From NCBI RefSeq assembly GCF_000143415.4, contig NW_003314283.1:630752-694751 (forward strand): a stretch of 64,000 nt of DNA. Direction: 5' to 3'. The notes under the pieces are model-generated. The model did no database searches, was not told where the DNA came from, and worked only from the letters and a program-made list of their open reading frames with translations. Positions 24,517-36,905 of the stretch are shown here, in pieces. Source of the DNA: Selaginella moellendorffii. Its lineage: Eukaryota > Plantae > Lycopodiophyta. Every line of letters begins with the position of its first letter. The stretch's first letter is position 1. Position numbers and translations under genes: made by a program.

Positions 24517-27477
24517 AATAAGCCATTTAAGAACTCGAACTCGTCAAATCGCCGGCAGTCGGGAGTCACAGGGTGTCCAGCCTGAAGATGGGGGAAAATG
24601 TCGCTGGCGAGATCATCAGATTGAAGATCGTTTCTGATGGCATCCATCAAGGAGGAGTCCTGAGGGGCCAGGGAAATTGCCATAACCTGAAGCCGATCAG
24701 GACCGAGGATAATCTGATCCTGTTGATCGAAGGCAGGATTACCAGGCCTGAGACTGAGATAGGAGCGCCTTGAAAGAGCATCAAGAAGGCCTTGAAGCTT
24801 TCCAGGTCTGTACTTGATAACAAAGTCAAACCGACTCAGGAATTGTGCCCACCTTGCTTGACGACGGCTTAAAACTCGAGAAGTGGCAAAGTACTCGAGA
24901 TTTTTGTGATCCGTCCAGACTGTTGTTTGATGACTTGCCCCCTCCAAGAAACGACGCCACTCTCCAAAGGAATCCACGATGGCAAGGAGCTCCTTGTCGT
25001 GGATTTCATAATTGATCTCCGCAGGCTGGAATTTCCGAGAATGGAAAGCGACCGGATGAAGTTCTTGATCCGCTCCGAGTTGAGACAGCATAGCACCGAT
25101 GGCAAAGTCGGAGGCGTCAGCATCGATGAAGAAAGGTTGTGAGGAATCAGCATGGATCAAAACGGGAGCAGAACTGAAGGCTGCCTTGAGAGTGTCGAAG
25201 GCGTGCTAGGCAGCAGTAGACCAAGAGAAGGGGACATCCTTGCGAGTGAGATGCGTGAGAGGAAGAACAATGTCAGAGTAGTGATCAATGAATTTGCGGT
25301 AGAAGTTGGCGAAGCCAAGGAAAACCTGAACGTCCGACATTGATTGTGGAGGCTCCCACTCGAGAATAGTCTTGACTTTGGCAGGATCCATCGTGATACC
25401 CTCAGGAGTGACAACATACCCAAGGAACTCCACAGACTGCTGATCGAAGGAACATTTCTCAAGCTTCGCGTATAGGCCGTGTTCTCGCAACTTCGCCAGC
25501 ACCTTGCGTACATGTTTGTCGTGCTCCTCTTGAGTTCTTGAGTAGATGAGGATGTCATCGAGGTAGACAATAACCATCTGATCAAGAAACTCCCGAAAGA
25601 CGTCGTTCGCCATGTGTTGGAAAACTGCTGGAGCATTTGTCAAGCCAAATGGCATGACAGTGTACTTGAAGTGGCCATAGCGGGTTCGGAACGCAGTCTT
25701 CCATTCATCACCAGGCCGGATCCGGATCAGGTTGTATGCGCCACGGAGGTCAATCTTGGTGAAGAAGCGGGCACCGCCGAGATGTTCCAACAGGTCCGAG
25801 ATCAGGGGCAGCGGATAACGGTTCCGAACAGTCACCTTGTTCAAACCTCGGTAATCGATGACTAGCCGCAAACTCCCATCCTTCTTCTTGACAAAGAAGA
25901 CAGGCACTCCAGCCGGGGACTGCGAATGCTGAATGAACCCTGAGGCAAGGTTCTCATCCACGTACTCTTTGAGGGCCTTAAGCTCGGACGGGGATAACCC
26001 GTAGATAGGCCCCCACGGAGGCGACGCTCCTTCCTGTAAATCAATGGGACAGTCATAAGGCCGATGAGCAGGCAGTACACTAGCTTTTTTCTTGTCAAAC
26101 ACATCCCCAAAATCATGATACTTCTCAGGAAGACTGACAGGAAAAACATGCAAAGCAAAAAGAAAAATAGGTTCTTCATGAAGGAGTTCTTGCATAGTGA
26201 TTGTGGAGATAGGAGGAGGTGTACGACTAAATGGAATGATGAGACGAGGATACTGTCCAATGTAAGATGGAAGAGAGGAAAAAGAAGAGGGTGAAAACTT
26301 TGTAGAGTCAGGAACAGAACCCCGATTTGAGTTTAGGGAACTTTTCCTGATTCGGACTCGATGAACAGCAGGGGAAGCCGTGGGAGATGGTGATGTGGGA
26401 GAGATGAGCTGTAAATCCTTCCAACAAATCTGAGGCTGATGTAGCTGGAACCAAGGAAGACCGAGCACCACAGAGGAGGACTTGCTGTTGATGATGTTGA
26501 AGGCGATATCGGTGACGGTGGACCCAATGTGTACTCGAACGGGCAACATTTCCCTAAGTCCAGAAGATGGAGACACAAAATGCCCACCGATGCCTTCAAC
26601 CCTCAGATCCTGTATGGTAGGAGAAAGAGGAACGTGATGTCGGGCAGCAAAGTCCGTGTCCATGAAGCAGGAAGTTGCACCCGAGTCCAGTAGCGCCAAA
26701 GCCTTGAGTCCTGATTGTCCGGTGAAAGAAAGGAGACATGGGACGCGGAAGTTGCGGGAATTGGTGGTGGCTTTGATGAAAGGTGGTGAGGAGCTTGATA
26801 AGGAAGAAAAGTGATTTTTATTCAGGGAGTCCAAACAGACAGCTCCTACTCTGTTTGGACAGGGTCGTTTCCCGACTGCAAAAGAGGTGGACTTTGAGGC
26901 AGAGTGAACTCGAGCAATCGGGGAGGCTTCTTGGGACACACAGCTGCTTTGTGATTAGGATCAGCACAGTAGAGGCAAAGATTATGAGATATTCGACGTT
27001 GCCTCTCAGTAGGACTCAACTTCCCTCTAATGAGTCGGGGAGTACCAGAAATATCCATCGGGACCGGAGCAGTAGGTTCAGGACTATGCCCCGAAGACTC
27101 AAGCTGGGATTCCTGAGTCTGGGACGGAAAAACAGCGGCGCGGCGACTTTCCTGACGACGTTCAAAGAGACGATTGTCACATCGAACAGCTTTGTTGATG
27201 GCGTCCGACAGGTCCTTGGGATCCTCCATAGTGAGCAATAAATCCTTGACACCATTGTTGAGGCCGAAACGAAATTGGTCAATCAGGGCCCGCTCATCCC
27301 ACTGAGTGTCCAAGGCAAGGAGTTGGAACTCTGCAGCGTAGATCGAGGCAGGACGAGACCCCTGAGAGAGACGTCTCATCTTTGTGGTAGCAGCCCGAAC
27401 CCGATCCGTCTCGCCAAAACATGCTTCGAGCTTCTCTTTGAACAATTGAAGATCCATCAGCTCCGGAACCACGACCC
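24517..27477 (-). pseudogene. Inverted central gag-pol segment of A
   Basis: Gag zinc knuckle CLYCADPNHKAAVC, PR LLDSGA, RT YLDD and RNaseH DASD...DHKNL. Both ends join in frame to the + strand parts of A (KSMKG-VVVPEL; LNGLLYRGEQLYVP). Confidence 0.92.
26829..26873 (-). promoter_or_regulatory. -1 ribosomal frameshift signal at the gag/pol overlap of A
   Basis: Slippery G GGA AAC in the gag frame, a 6-nt spacer, then an 11-bp stem GTCCAAACAGA/TCTGTTTGGAC. The pol ORF lies in the -1 frame. Confidence 0.8.
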
Positions 27478-28070
27478 TGTAAGCAACCAAAGGGAACGAC
27501 TCGAGAGACGATCCATGGGGTTCAAATATAGAGGGAAAGGGCCCATGAACAAGAGTGCACCCCCTTTTCCAATCGGTTAAGGGTCTTGGGATATTTGGGG
27601 TTAAGCGTCCTTGGGCTTGAATAGTACTGGGCTGGGTGACCTCTCGGGAAGTCCAAACTCAGGAGCTTACATTTGGTATCAGAGCGGTCTTGGGTCCGAC
27701 TCTGTTGGTTGGCTAGGGGAATCACACCACATGTTGATTGACATCTGGCTGGTCCAGTTTGCTCCCGCTGGGCTCGACCCGAGGGGTAGGGTGTCAAGAG
27801 AGCGAGGCTCTCGGGAGAGCTGCGGCTCTCAGCTTCCGTTCACGAGGGCGTGAACTTGCAAGGAAGCGTGGTGGATTGTAAGCAACCAAAGGGAACGACT
27901 CGAGAGACGATCCATGGGGTTCAAATATAGAGGGAAAGGGCCCATGAACAAGAGTGCACCCCCTTTTCCAATCGGTTAAGGGTCTTGGGATATTTGGGGT
28001 TAAGCGTCCTTGGGCTTGAATAGTACTGGGCTGGGTGACCTCTCGGGAAGTCCAAACTCAGGAGCTTACA
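27478..28070 (+). mobile_element. Cassandra-type TRIM C (5S rRNA-like segment in its LTRs)
   Basis: Apparently identical 194-bp LTRs at 27478-27671 and 27877-28070, PBS TGGTATCAGAGC, 205-bp interior. A 5S internal-promoter-like segment lies at 27600-27654 and 27999-28053. Confidence 0.9.
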
Positions 28071-29890
28071 TTATTGTACCGTGGGGAGCAGCTTTACGTT
28101 CCTGAAGGTGATGCTCGAAGGTTGGTCCTAATGGCGTGCCACGATAGCCCGACTGCTGGTCACTTCGGCATTGCGAAAACCTATGAGCTAGTTGCACGGG
28201 ACTTTTGGTGGCCTCACATGGACGACTACATCAAAGCTTTTGTTACCTCCTGTGACACTTGCGCCCGGAATAAAGTACCTCGTCACCTTCCTTCAGGTTT
28301 GCTTCGTTCCCTTCCGGTCCCTTTAGGTCCTTGGGAATCCATCTCCATGGATTTCTTGAGTGATCTTCCGAGTTCTGGAGGCTTCAACAGCATTTTAGTC
28401 GTGGTGGATCGCTTCACAAAGATGGCGCACTTCTTGCCATGTACCAAGGAGTTTTCGGGCGAGGACATGGCAAAACTAGTATTCAGGGAAATTTTCTGAC
28501 TTCATGGGATTCCTACAGATGTGGTTTCGGATCGGGGGCCTCAGTTCATCTCTCATTTCTGGCAACGGTTTTTGCAGCTGCTTGGAGTGAAGGCCAACCT
28601 CTCTTCGGCGTATCATCCTCAAACTGATGGGCAGTCCGAGCGAACGATTCAGACGTTGGAACAATTCTTGAGGTGCTTCATCAACTATCATCAGGATAAC
28701 TGGTTCGATATCCTTCCCCTTGCTGAGTTCTCCTATAACAACTCTATTCACTCCTCTCTTCGAATTTCCCCCTTCTTTGCAAACTCTGGCCGAAATCCCC
28801 AATTCAATCTCTCACTTCCTTCTCCATCTGAATCCTCTCATTCAAATCCCTACTCTGAGGCATTTATCTCCAACCTCCAAGAAATTCACAACTCCATCTC
28901 CTTCCACCTCCATCGTGCTCAGGAATCTCACAAAACATTTGCCAATGTCCATCGTTAGGATTGTCCCCCTTACAATATCGGGGATAAAGTTTGGCTCCTC
29001 AGGCGAAATATCTCCACCACCAGGCCCTGTCCAAAACTTGATTTCAAACGCCTCGGTCCTTTCCCTATCACTGCCATCATTAATCCTGTCACTTATCGCC
29101 TTGCACTTCCCTCCTCATATCAAATTCACCCCGTTTTCCATTCCTCTCTCCTTGAGCCTTATATTCCCAGTCCTATTCCCAATCGGGTCATTCCTCCACC
29201 TCCACCAGTGCAGCTCGAGGATGGGTCTGAGTACGAGGTTCAGGACATCCTTGATTCCAAGATTTCACGGTCTAAACTCTACTATCTGGTGGACTGGAAG
29301 GGTTACGGGCCTGAAGAACGCACTTGGGAACCTGCAGACAACCTGATTCATTCTCCTGACCTTGTTCAGGACTTCCACCGCCGCTATCCTAGTCGTCTCA
29401 GTCCTCATTCTTTTTCTCCATCTCCCATCCCTCGCCGCTCATCTCATCCTCCTCGTCGTTCTCATTCACATCCTCGTTCCACTCGTTCTTGAGGAGGGGG
29501 TGCTGTCAGGAATCCCCCAATTCTTGCCACATTCCTGACTCTTGCCGGATTCCTAACCTGCAGACCACATTCCTGATTCTCGAGACACTTCCATATTCCT
29601 GACTTTCGAGACACTTCCCTATTCCTGACTCTCAAGACACTTCCCGATTCCTGAGTCTTGAGCCATATTCCTGATGATGATGTGATGCCTCCTCGACCTC
29701 AGCTATATTTACGCCGTCCTCGATCCAAGAGTGGTGGAGCTTCATCAACCTATAGTATATATAGGTTAGCCTTGTTCCATTTCTCCACAATCTGAATCAA
29801 CACTAGTCTAAGGCTTGTTCTTTGTTTTCACTAGCTTTTTCTCTTTGTCTTTAGCATTTTCCAGTCTTGATCTTGTTGGGGGTCTTGACA

Positions 29891-32800
29891 ACGACCGGCT
29901 CGGCGGCTGGGGCGGCCTCATGCGGGTCCAATGGCGCCTGGTCACCGTCAGTTGGATACGTGGACAAGATTGACTCAGTGGTATGGGCAACATCAAGTGG
30001 AGCATGGTTAGCTTGCTTGGTGTTGATATGGATAGTAGCCTCCACCAGCTCTGATGACTCTTGCAGGCAAGTAGAGTCCACTGGCAGATCCATATGCATG
30101 TCCAAATATCTCCCTTCGATTGAGATGGTATCCTCCCTACTGGCTACTAAAAACAAACTCATTAGCACATTGAATCGACTATACTGTATTTACCATCAAC
30201 TGCTATTGAGGAACTAGGACCGATATCACTTGGGCGCACTGCTGATTCTGAAGGATTGGACATACGTTTCGACCCTTGCTTGGCACTATCCTTCCTCGAC
30301 ACTAAAGGCTAGAGTTTGAATCTTAATTCAACTGAATAATCTCTACTTACCATTTGCTTTGCGACCTACATGGACAATGTTAGAAATGGTAAAAGGTTAG
30401 GAATGGATGTACTATTATTTACCTGATGGTTTGTCTTGTATGACCTTCCTTCGCTGCTCTTTGGCCACCTCAGGCTGGCCATCGTCGTCATCATCGTCGT
30501 CATCGTTATTGTGATCGTCATCATTGTGAGGACCATCCAAGTCCTCTTCGTCCTCCTCTTCTTTGTCCTCCTCTTCGTCCTTCTGCTCTTCCTGCTCATT
30601 ATTTTTCTCTGGCTCCTCATCCCCCTCCTGCATTTCTTCCATAGGTTGCTTAGGCTGGATGGCTTGTTCTTCCAGGACCATCTTGGGAAAATCATCTGGC
30701 CGAGTCTTCATCTCAAAATACAAGACATCCATAGCTTGTTTTAGTGCGTGACCTAGGACCGTATCCTCACCCGACTGTCTTAACATGGTTTCTGCACGTT
30801 CTTGCACCCTTCGAAGACGACGAGATGAGAAAAACATGGCCCTAACTTGAAAAGCATCCCTCATCCATTGTACCTCTCCATTGAGATTGGGGAAGGGGAG
30901 TCTGCTATAGGAATCTGAGTCAGGAGGTGGTGACCGCGAGGCATTACCTATCATCTTTTCGTTGCCCTTCTTCCTTTTCGAATCAAACGCCTCTGATCCC
31001 GACGACTGTCCAACGTGCTTTCGCTTTTTATGACCACTGTCAGTTTGAGCTTGGCTGGTGCTTGCCTGTTTTGCCTTTGAAGAAGTGTCTCCTGTAAGGA
31101 ATGGCATGAGACCACACGCCATTGCAAATATAATTTGTACCTCCTTTTTTCCTATTGCTTGTTTGTTTGTCCTTCTTCGACGCACCACCAGTGCGCTTTT
31201 CAGTCCTCGTGTCTGAATATTCACAACGATCTATAATCAAAATGGCGTGAGGCCTCACGTGACCTTACCTTGTGCAGGTTGTGAGCTCGGCCCAACATGG
31301 GTATCTTCAACAGTAGCTGTTAACGCCGTTTCAGCATCTGGGGGTGGCCACACTCCTGCATACAGAGCTTGTGAGATAACATTTAAACTTAAAGTGCGTA
31401 CTCACCAGGTTCGCAGAGAAGATATTGTTTTTCTTTGGCAACTGTAATTATATGCTTCATTGAAGTCACCTCTTCAATGGAGTTTGTCACCGCAACACAC
31501 GGGACACCTTTGAGTAGTGTGGCTCGAAAGAATAGTCCGCTGTAGTTGTACTCGACAACGCATTTGCCCTTGGAGTCGGAAGCAGGTGCTATTGCGTTGA
31601 AGACCCAACTGAGCATTTCCCATGCTGCACCTGGAGCTTTCTCTGGATTCGAAAGCTCCATAGCTGTCTTCAGTTCCTCAGGCACGGGTAAATTGACCTC
31701 CCTCAGATCAATTCGATCGGCCTTGTCGAACGAAGCTGGGAAGTCACTCCAGTCCCACTCTGCTGCAGGACCAATAACAAGGGCGAGTGTGAAGATGCGG
31801 ACATTCATCGATATCTTCTTCTTAGCCATTATCCCATGGATCTCCTACATCTCCTTGCCTTTCAACCGAGCCTTCACCTCGTTCAAGGCCTTCCAGAACT
31901 TGTGATAGGATTCGGAGTCATAGATCATATAGTGGACTGAAGATTCCACCTCCGCAAGTCCCACCATTAAGTCAATGATGGAGCTGACTTCGTCTGCATG
32001 AGTGATCTCCTCGTTTGTGAAGTCCATCACACAAAAGATGTTCTTGACCTGCTCATCTCCGCGGGAAACGATGCTCCTCCACCTTTGATCCTCATCTGAA
32101 TTCACGTATACCCGGTAAGGTTCTCGATAGGTCTCTGCTGCGGGGTTTCTGAAGCCGGCGGTCGACATCCCTCTTAATGAAATTTGGATACTGATCCAAC
32201 TTCTCAGCTTTACTTTTCATGGCATCCCGCAGTAGATCGATGAACTTGGGGGCCCCCTTCACGTAGTCGTCGATGTCTTCATTTGACAACTCCAGCTCTT
32301 CCATCATCTCTTGCGTGGTGTCGATGCTCACCCTCTCCACGGCCACTTGCTCGAAGATCCAATCCTTCAATAGCACACGAGCTCTCAGAGTCGTGCACAA
32401 GTCCTCGTATGTCACAATATGGCCGGGAGTCATTTTGGTCTTGTTGAAGACTACCTCACCACGTAGAAGAGCATTAGCCACTGTCAGAAGGTCGTCGTCG
32501 TCTAGAGACCGCGAGAAACGCAAGGCGTTGAGCTTCAAATCATTGGGCTTCCGGCCGTCCTCCACACCCATTGAGTTTAGCAACTCCCCGTCATGGTACC
32601 TCCTCAGCACATCTACCCATTTGTCAAAAACAACTTTTGTCGCGAGTAGAATGTTATGGATGCTGAGTGTGTCATTGACCCCCAGTGTTTTCGAGAGAAG
32701 ACTTGAGAATTCCTGCAATGGAAATGGCGTGAGGCCACATGCTATGCCACATGCAATGAGGCTTACCTGCCAGGCGCTAGTTGCTAGTGCACGTCCTTGT

Positions 32801-34190
32801 CCTGGTTTTTGTGGCTTCTTCAGTTGAATCCAGAGCTTCCGTGTTCATGCCAATGTCTCGTGCAGACCCGATTTGTAGCACGTTTCTTGCTTGACATTTT
32901 GCGTGTGGGAGATGGATATGATAGATCGGAGGGGCGAGTTGCCTTTTATCAGGCGGACAACTCTTGTCTTGAAGACTTTCTTCACCTCCTCGCCCACCAT
33001 AATATCCACAACTATCTCTTGCATCGCTAAGCTAGAATGCTGCCCGGAGACGGCATAGAACCGGATGTTCTGATCGTCCAACACCTTCCTATTGATCAAG
33101 TCTGGAAACCTCGTCTCGCCCTTCATTGTTCGGTAGTAGGGGATCACGTCTGCGATGTCGGGTGTTACTGGACTTGCCAGCATCTTCTGCTTCAGTTTCT
33201 CCACCCACTCATCAGATACTAGCCTGTGGTTGTATTTGCTTTGGATGTCGATACGGCTCACGTCGATTGTATATACTTTGTTGGAATAGTAACAAGTACT
33301 ATTATCTGCGATGATTTTTGCTGCCTCTTCTTGCTCTTTCTGCTCTTTGCAGCTCTTCTTTTTGGTGGGTGTAGTGTTCGAACCCGAGGCAATGGCATCA
33401 CCGAGTAGCTTCTTTTTTGGAGCAAGAGAGTCGGACGTCGACTTGAGCTTGACCACCCTTTTCTGCTTCGGGGTAGTTTCCAGATCGACCCCCTTCCCCT
33501 TCGCTTCGCAAACTGGAGGCACTCTCAATGGCTCAATGTTGGAATATAGTTTTTGAACATCGCCGTAGGTGAGGTCCATGGATTCCATGTGATCTTCATA
33601 GACCCGCAGCGTCTTTGAAATTGTGGGCCTCCTGGACAACCTCTCCCTAGCTCCCTCTAGGAATTCCTCATAGTCGCTACCCCCCTCCAGGAAGCCGCTA
33701 GGATGTGCAAGGTGGATCTTGAAGGCGAACGCTGTCTCTACCACAAGTGCTAGTCCATATTCTTGCATGGAACTGCATGGAGTGTCTGTCACTTGGATGA
33801 GGATCCCCATGCATTCTTTTCTCCCACCATCTGTGTTGTACAGCCTCAGATCCTCGCCTTCCATCCCGAAAGTCCAACTGGTGAGCTCCTCCCCCTTCTC
33901 TGCATCCACATTGACAGTGGCTGGAAGAAGAACGCAATTCCTCGCCTGTTCAGAAATGCACAACAATTAGAGCTGACAGATGAAAAGTTAGCAGCTGGAA
34001 ATAACGTGAGGCCACATGCCATTCACCACTGCATCAGATGTCTTGAGGCTGCATCCTAAGATGGCGTGAGGCTACACGCCATCTGTAACCGGACTGCACT
34101 CGAGAGCCCAATCGGTGCATGCCAATGTTGCTACTGAATGGCATGTGGCCTCATGCCATTTTCTACTTGGCCTAAAAGATTTACCATTTG
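29891..34190 (-). pseudogene. Multi-exon cargo gene of the Sola-like element (ParB-like domain, degenerate MTase-like region, acidic tract); continues at 16134 on the other side of A
   Basis: ORFs 32845-33966, 32092-32718, 31845-32168, 31389-31829, 30415-31224 and 29851-30168 link via GT-AG introns, two C>T-type stops and one frameshift. ParB-like signature IDVSRIDI...NHRLVSDEWVEKLK...FYAVSGQHSSLAM. Confidence 0.6.
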
Positions 34191-35758
34191 AAGCCGAATG
34201 GAGGCGTGACAATCAAGGCCGGACTCGCTGGCGAATGTGCACTGTGTGTGCAGCGGATCGTAGCAGCAAGGCTACTCTACCACTTAACAGTTGGAGAGTG
34301 GCGCTGAAATCTCCCGGAACGCCAAGTGGGCTGCGTGTGGGTGGCGGAGTGGGCGGCGGAGTTGGCGGCGAAGTTACAAACTGGGTGTGTCTTGAAGTGG
34401 ACGCCGATGCACACGAGCGCGATGCGAGCGCGAGTGTGATGCAAGCGCGAGTGGACGCCGATGCACACGAGAAACCTGTAGAGAAGGTAGATGAGCGCAA
34501 ATGTGAGCGTGATCGCGAGTGGGAGCGCGATGCGAGCGCGAGTACGAAGCAAAATGCAAAACCTAACCTCACACGCGCGAAATGTCACAACGGTTGGTAA
34601 TCCCACCATGTCATCATTCCTCGGACTTGGGCGCCACCATTAATTTCTGGATTGCCGCGCGCATGCAAGCACGCAAAATCCAAAAGAAATCCGCAACGTC
34701 ATCATTCCTCGGACTGCATGCACGCGAAATCCAAAAGAAAGATCATGATTGGGATATCATTTAATACCCTCGCTATATTTATACCATGCATGATTGGATA
34801 TTCCAAAGCATCTTGTATTTCGAAAAATGGCAGATGTTTAGCTAAATAAAGAAATTCTATCTGTTTCTATTTTTCTCTCAAATCAATATTATAGCGTGTG
34901 GGCTCATGCAATTTTGAACCAAAGAAACCCAAAAAACATTGGACCCAAAATATTTTGAAAAAACCCAAAAAACCCTAAACATTTTAAACCCAAAAATCCA
35001 GGCGTCCTGTGGCGTTATTCCTTGAATGGCGTGTGGGCGCATGCCATTTTCAGGGCCAAATGCTGAATGGAGAAAAATTCCCTTTCAGTGCAAATGCTGC
35101 AAGAGATAGATGCCGAGCACAAAGGACTGTAACTACCTCACATGACACAGATAAACTTTTCTCTATTTGGCAAAGATAAACTTTATAGCGTGTGGGCTCA
35201 TGCAATTTTGAACCCAAAAAATACACCAAAAAATTCTCTGTGTCATCTGGCGTTATCTCTTGAATGGCATGGGGCCGCATGCCATTTTCAGGGTCACATA
35301 GGAGTATATTCTTAGGATATTCTGACACGCGCGAGATTTTTTTGAGTTTTCTGGAGATCCAACTGTTAGATCGCAACTAAATTTTACAGAATGGTATACA
35401 ATGTCTTTCTTGATGACCCTGCAAAGAAGCATCTCGATCGGACACCACATGAGACCACACGAGCCTTACAATGTTTCAGGGGCATTTGCCATAGATCCGA
35501 CTGTTATTTTGCTCCAAGATTTTACAGTTTGGTGTGCATTGACCTTTCCATTGACACTGCAAAGGGACATTACAATCAGATGCGGGATCACAAGAAACTA
35601 ACTTCATTAACTCTGGTTTCACCAAGATCTACGTAAGGAGTTATGAAATGAAAGGACCCTCTCTATTGAAATGTGTTTATGGTCCTAGGGGCATTGTGAC
35701 ATATCAAAGGATTTACCATCAAGTTCTGTATTTGCATGTTTATCAAGCTACTGAATTG

Positions 35759-35785
35759 CTAAACCCTAAACCCTAAACCCTAAAC
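35759..35785 (+). repeat. Short interstitial plant telomere-type repeat / telo-box cluster
   Basis: CTAAA(CCCTAAA)3C. Confidence 0.7.
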
Positions 35786-36905
35786 ATGTGGCAAATGCTG
35801 CGTGAAGAAAGATGCCCTTTCTGAGCAAATGCTGTAAGAGGCCGATGCCGAGCAGATGTATCTCAGGCTAGCGAAGGGGACAAACGAAAGCTAGCTATAA
35901 ACATGACGGGATGCAAATAGATTACTAGGCTGGTCCTGCGAAAATCAAAAACCATAATTGAAAATATTGAAAATGCAAAAAGAAAGGTTTATAATATTTT
36001 TGAATTTTAAGCAACCAAAGGAATGTAAGTAGGGCATGTGTTTGTAAGTTTAAAAATGCCTCAACCACTTAAATTCCCAAGTAAATAAAGCTGTTTCTAT
36101 TTTTGGTACAGGTAAACTTTATAGCGTGTGGGCTCATGCAATTTTGAACCCAAAAATGCACCAAAAAATGCTCGACTAGCATTATTCTTTGAATGGCGTG
36201 TGGCCTTATATTGCCATAAATGGACGTACACACACAGCATAATTATTCCTTTACACGGCGAATAATCTTGGCGCGGATCGCTGACATGGCATGGCAAAGT
36301 TCGAATCACTGACATGGCACAGCTGGATCGAGGCAAGGACATGATGTGACAAAGTTCAACCTCCGACAGCAAAGTCTAGAAGTTACTCAGTTTGAAATTT
36401 GTCAAAGGAGTCATAAGATCTGGTTTGTTAGAGGATTTAATGTGATGTTCAAGTGTGTGTTATTTTTGAATTCTCAAACTCATTCCTAGGTCTATCATTT
36501 TTGTGCGCCGTGTTCTTGGTTCCGCTGAGCGCAGTGAGCGCTACTTGTGTAAGCGGCGTTGTGAGCTGTGGTTTATGCGTCTATGAGCGGTTGCGGCATT
36601 GCGAGCGCCATTGCGAGCGGCAGTTTATGCGAGTGGCAGTTTGTGCGAGCGGCGCTACGAGCAGTTGCGGTGTTGCGAGCAGCGCTACGAGTAGTTGCGG
36701 TGTTGCAAGCAGCACTATCTTTGGTGTGGCTACCGCTTCCTCTTGATATTCGGCACTTGTGCTTCCTGGTATGTTCACCATGGAATGGCTTAGGACCACA
36801 TTTAGAAATGGCATGAGGCCACATGCCATCTTAGGCCCTTGCAATTTCATGGCTAGCGTATTGTCATGTATGTTTTTACTTGCCTGCAGCTATGTGTATA
36901 TCAAG

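Larger units (their letters stand above)
16135..29890 (+). mobile_element. LTR retrotransposon A: Tcn1/Tf1-sushi-type chromovirus, disrupted and partly inverted
   Basis: TSD ACGAC. LTRs 16135-16547 and 29504-29890 differ by one 26-bp tandem unit; PPT GAGGAGGGGG. The gag start is at 16641-16985 (+), gag-PR-RT-RNaseH at 24517-27477 (-), and integrase plus chromodomain at 28071-29492 (+). Several C>T-type stops. Confidence 0.93.

Noticed and set aside
24210-25160. 316-aa ORF as a genuine fusion protein
   Set aside because: RNaseH of inverted A reading through by chance into the antisense LTR of B.
27600-27654. 5S rRNA gene
   Set aside because: Only ~55 nt of the internal promoter region, duplicated within TRIM LTRs, with no 5S ends.
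34115-34609. Overlapping GC-rich ORFs (also 36453-36850)
   Set aside because: Low-complexity GCGA-type repeats in probable 5' UTR or promoter regions; no domain signal.
35759-35785. Chromosome end or healed break
   Set aside because: Only about three repeat units, internal to a TIR element.
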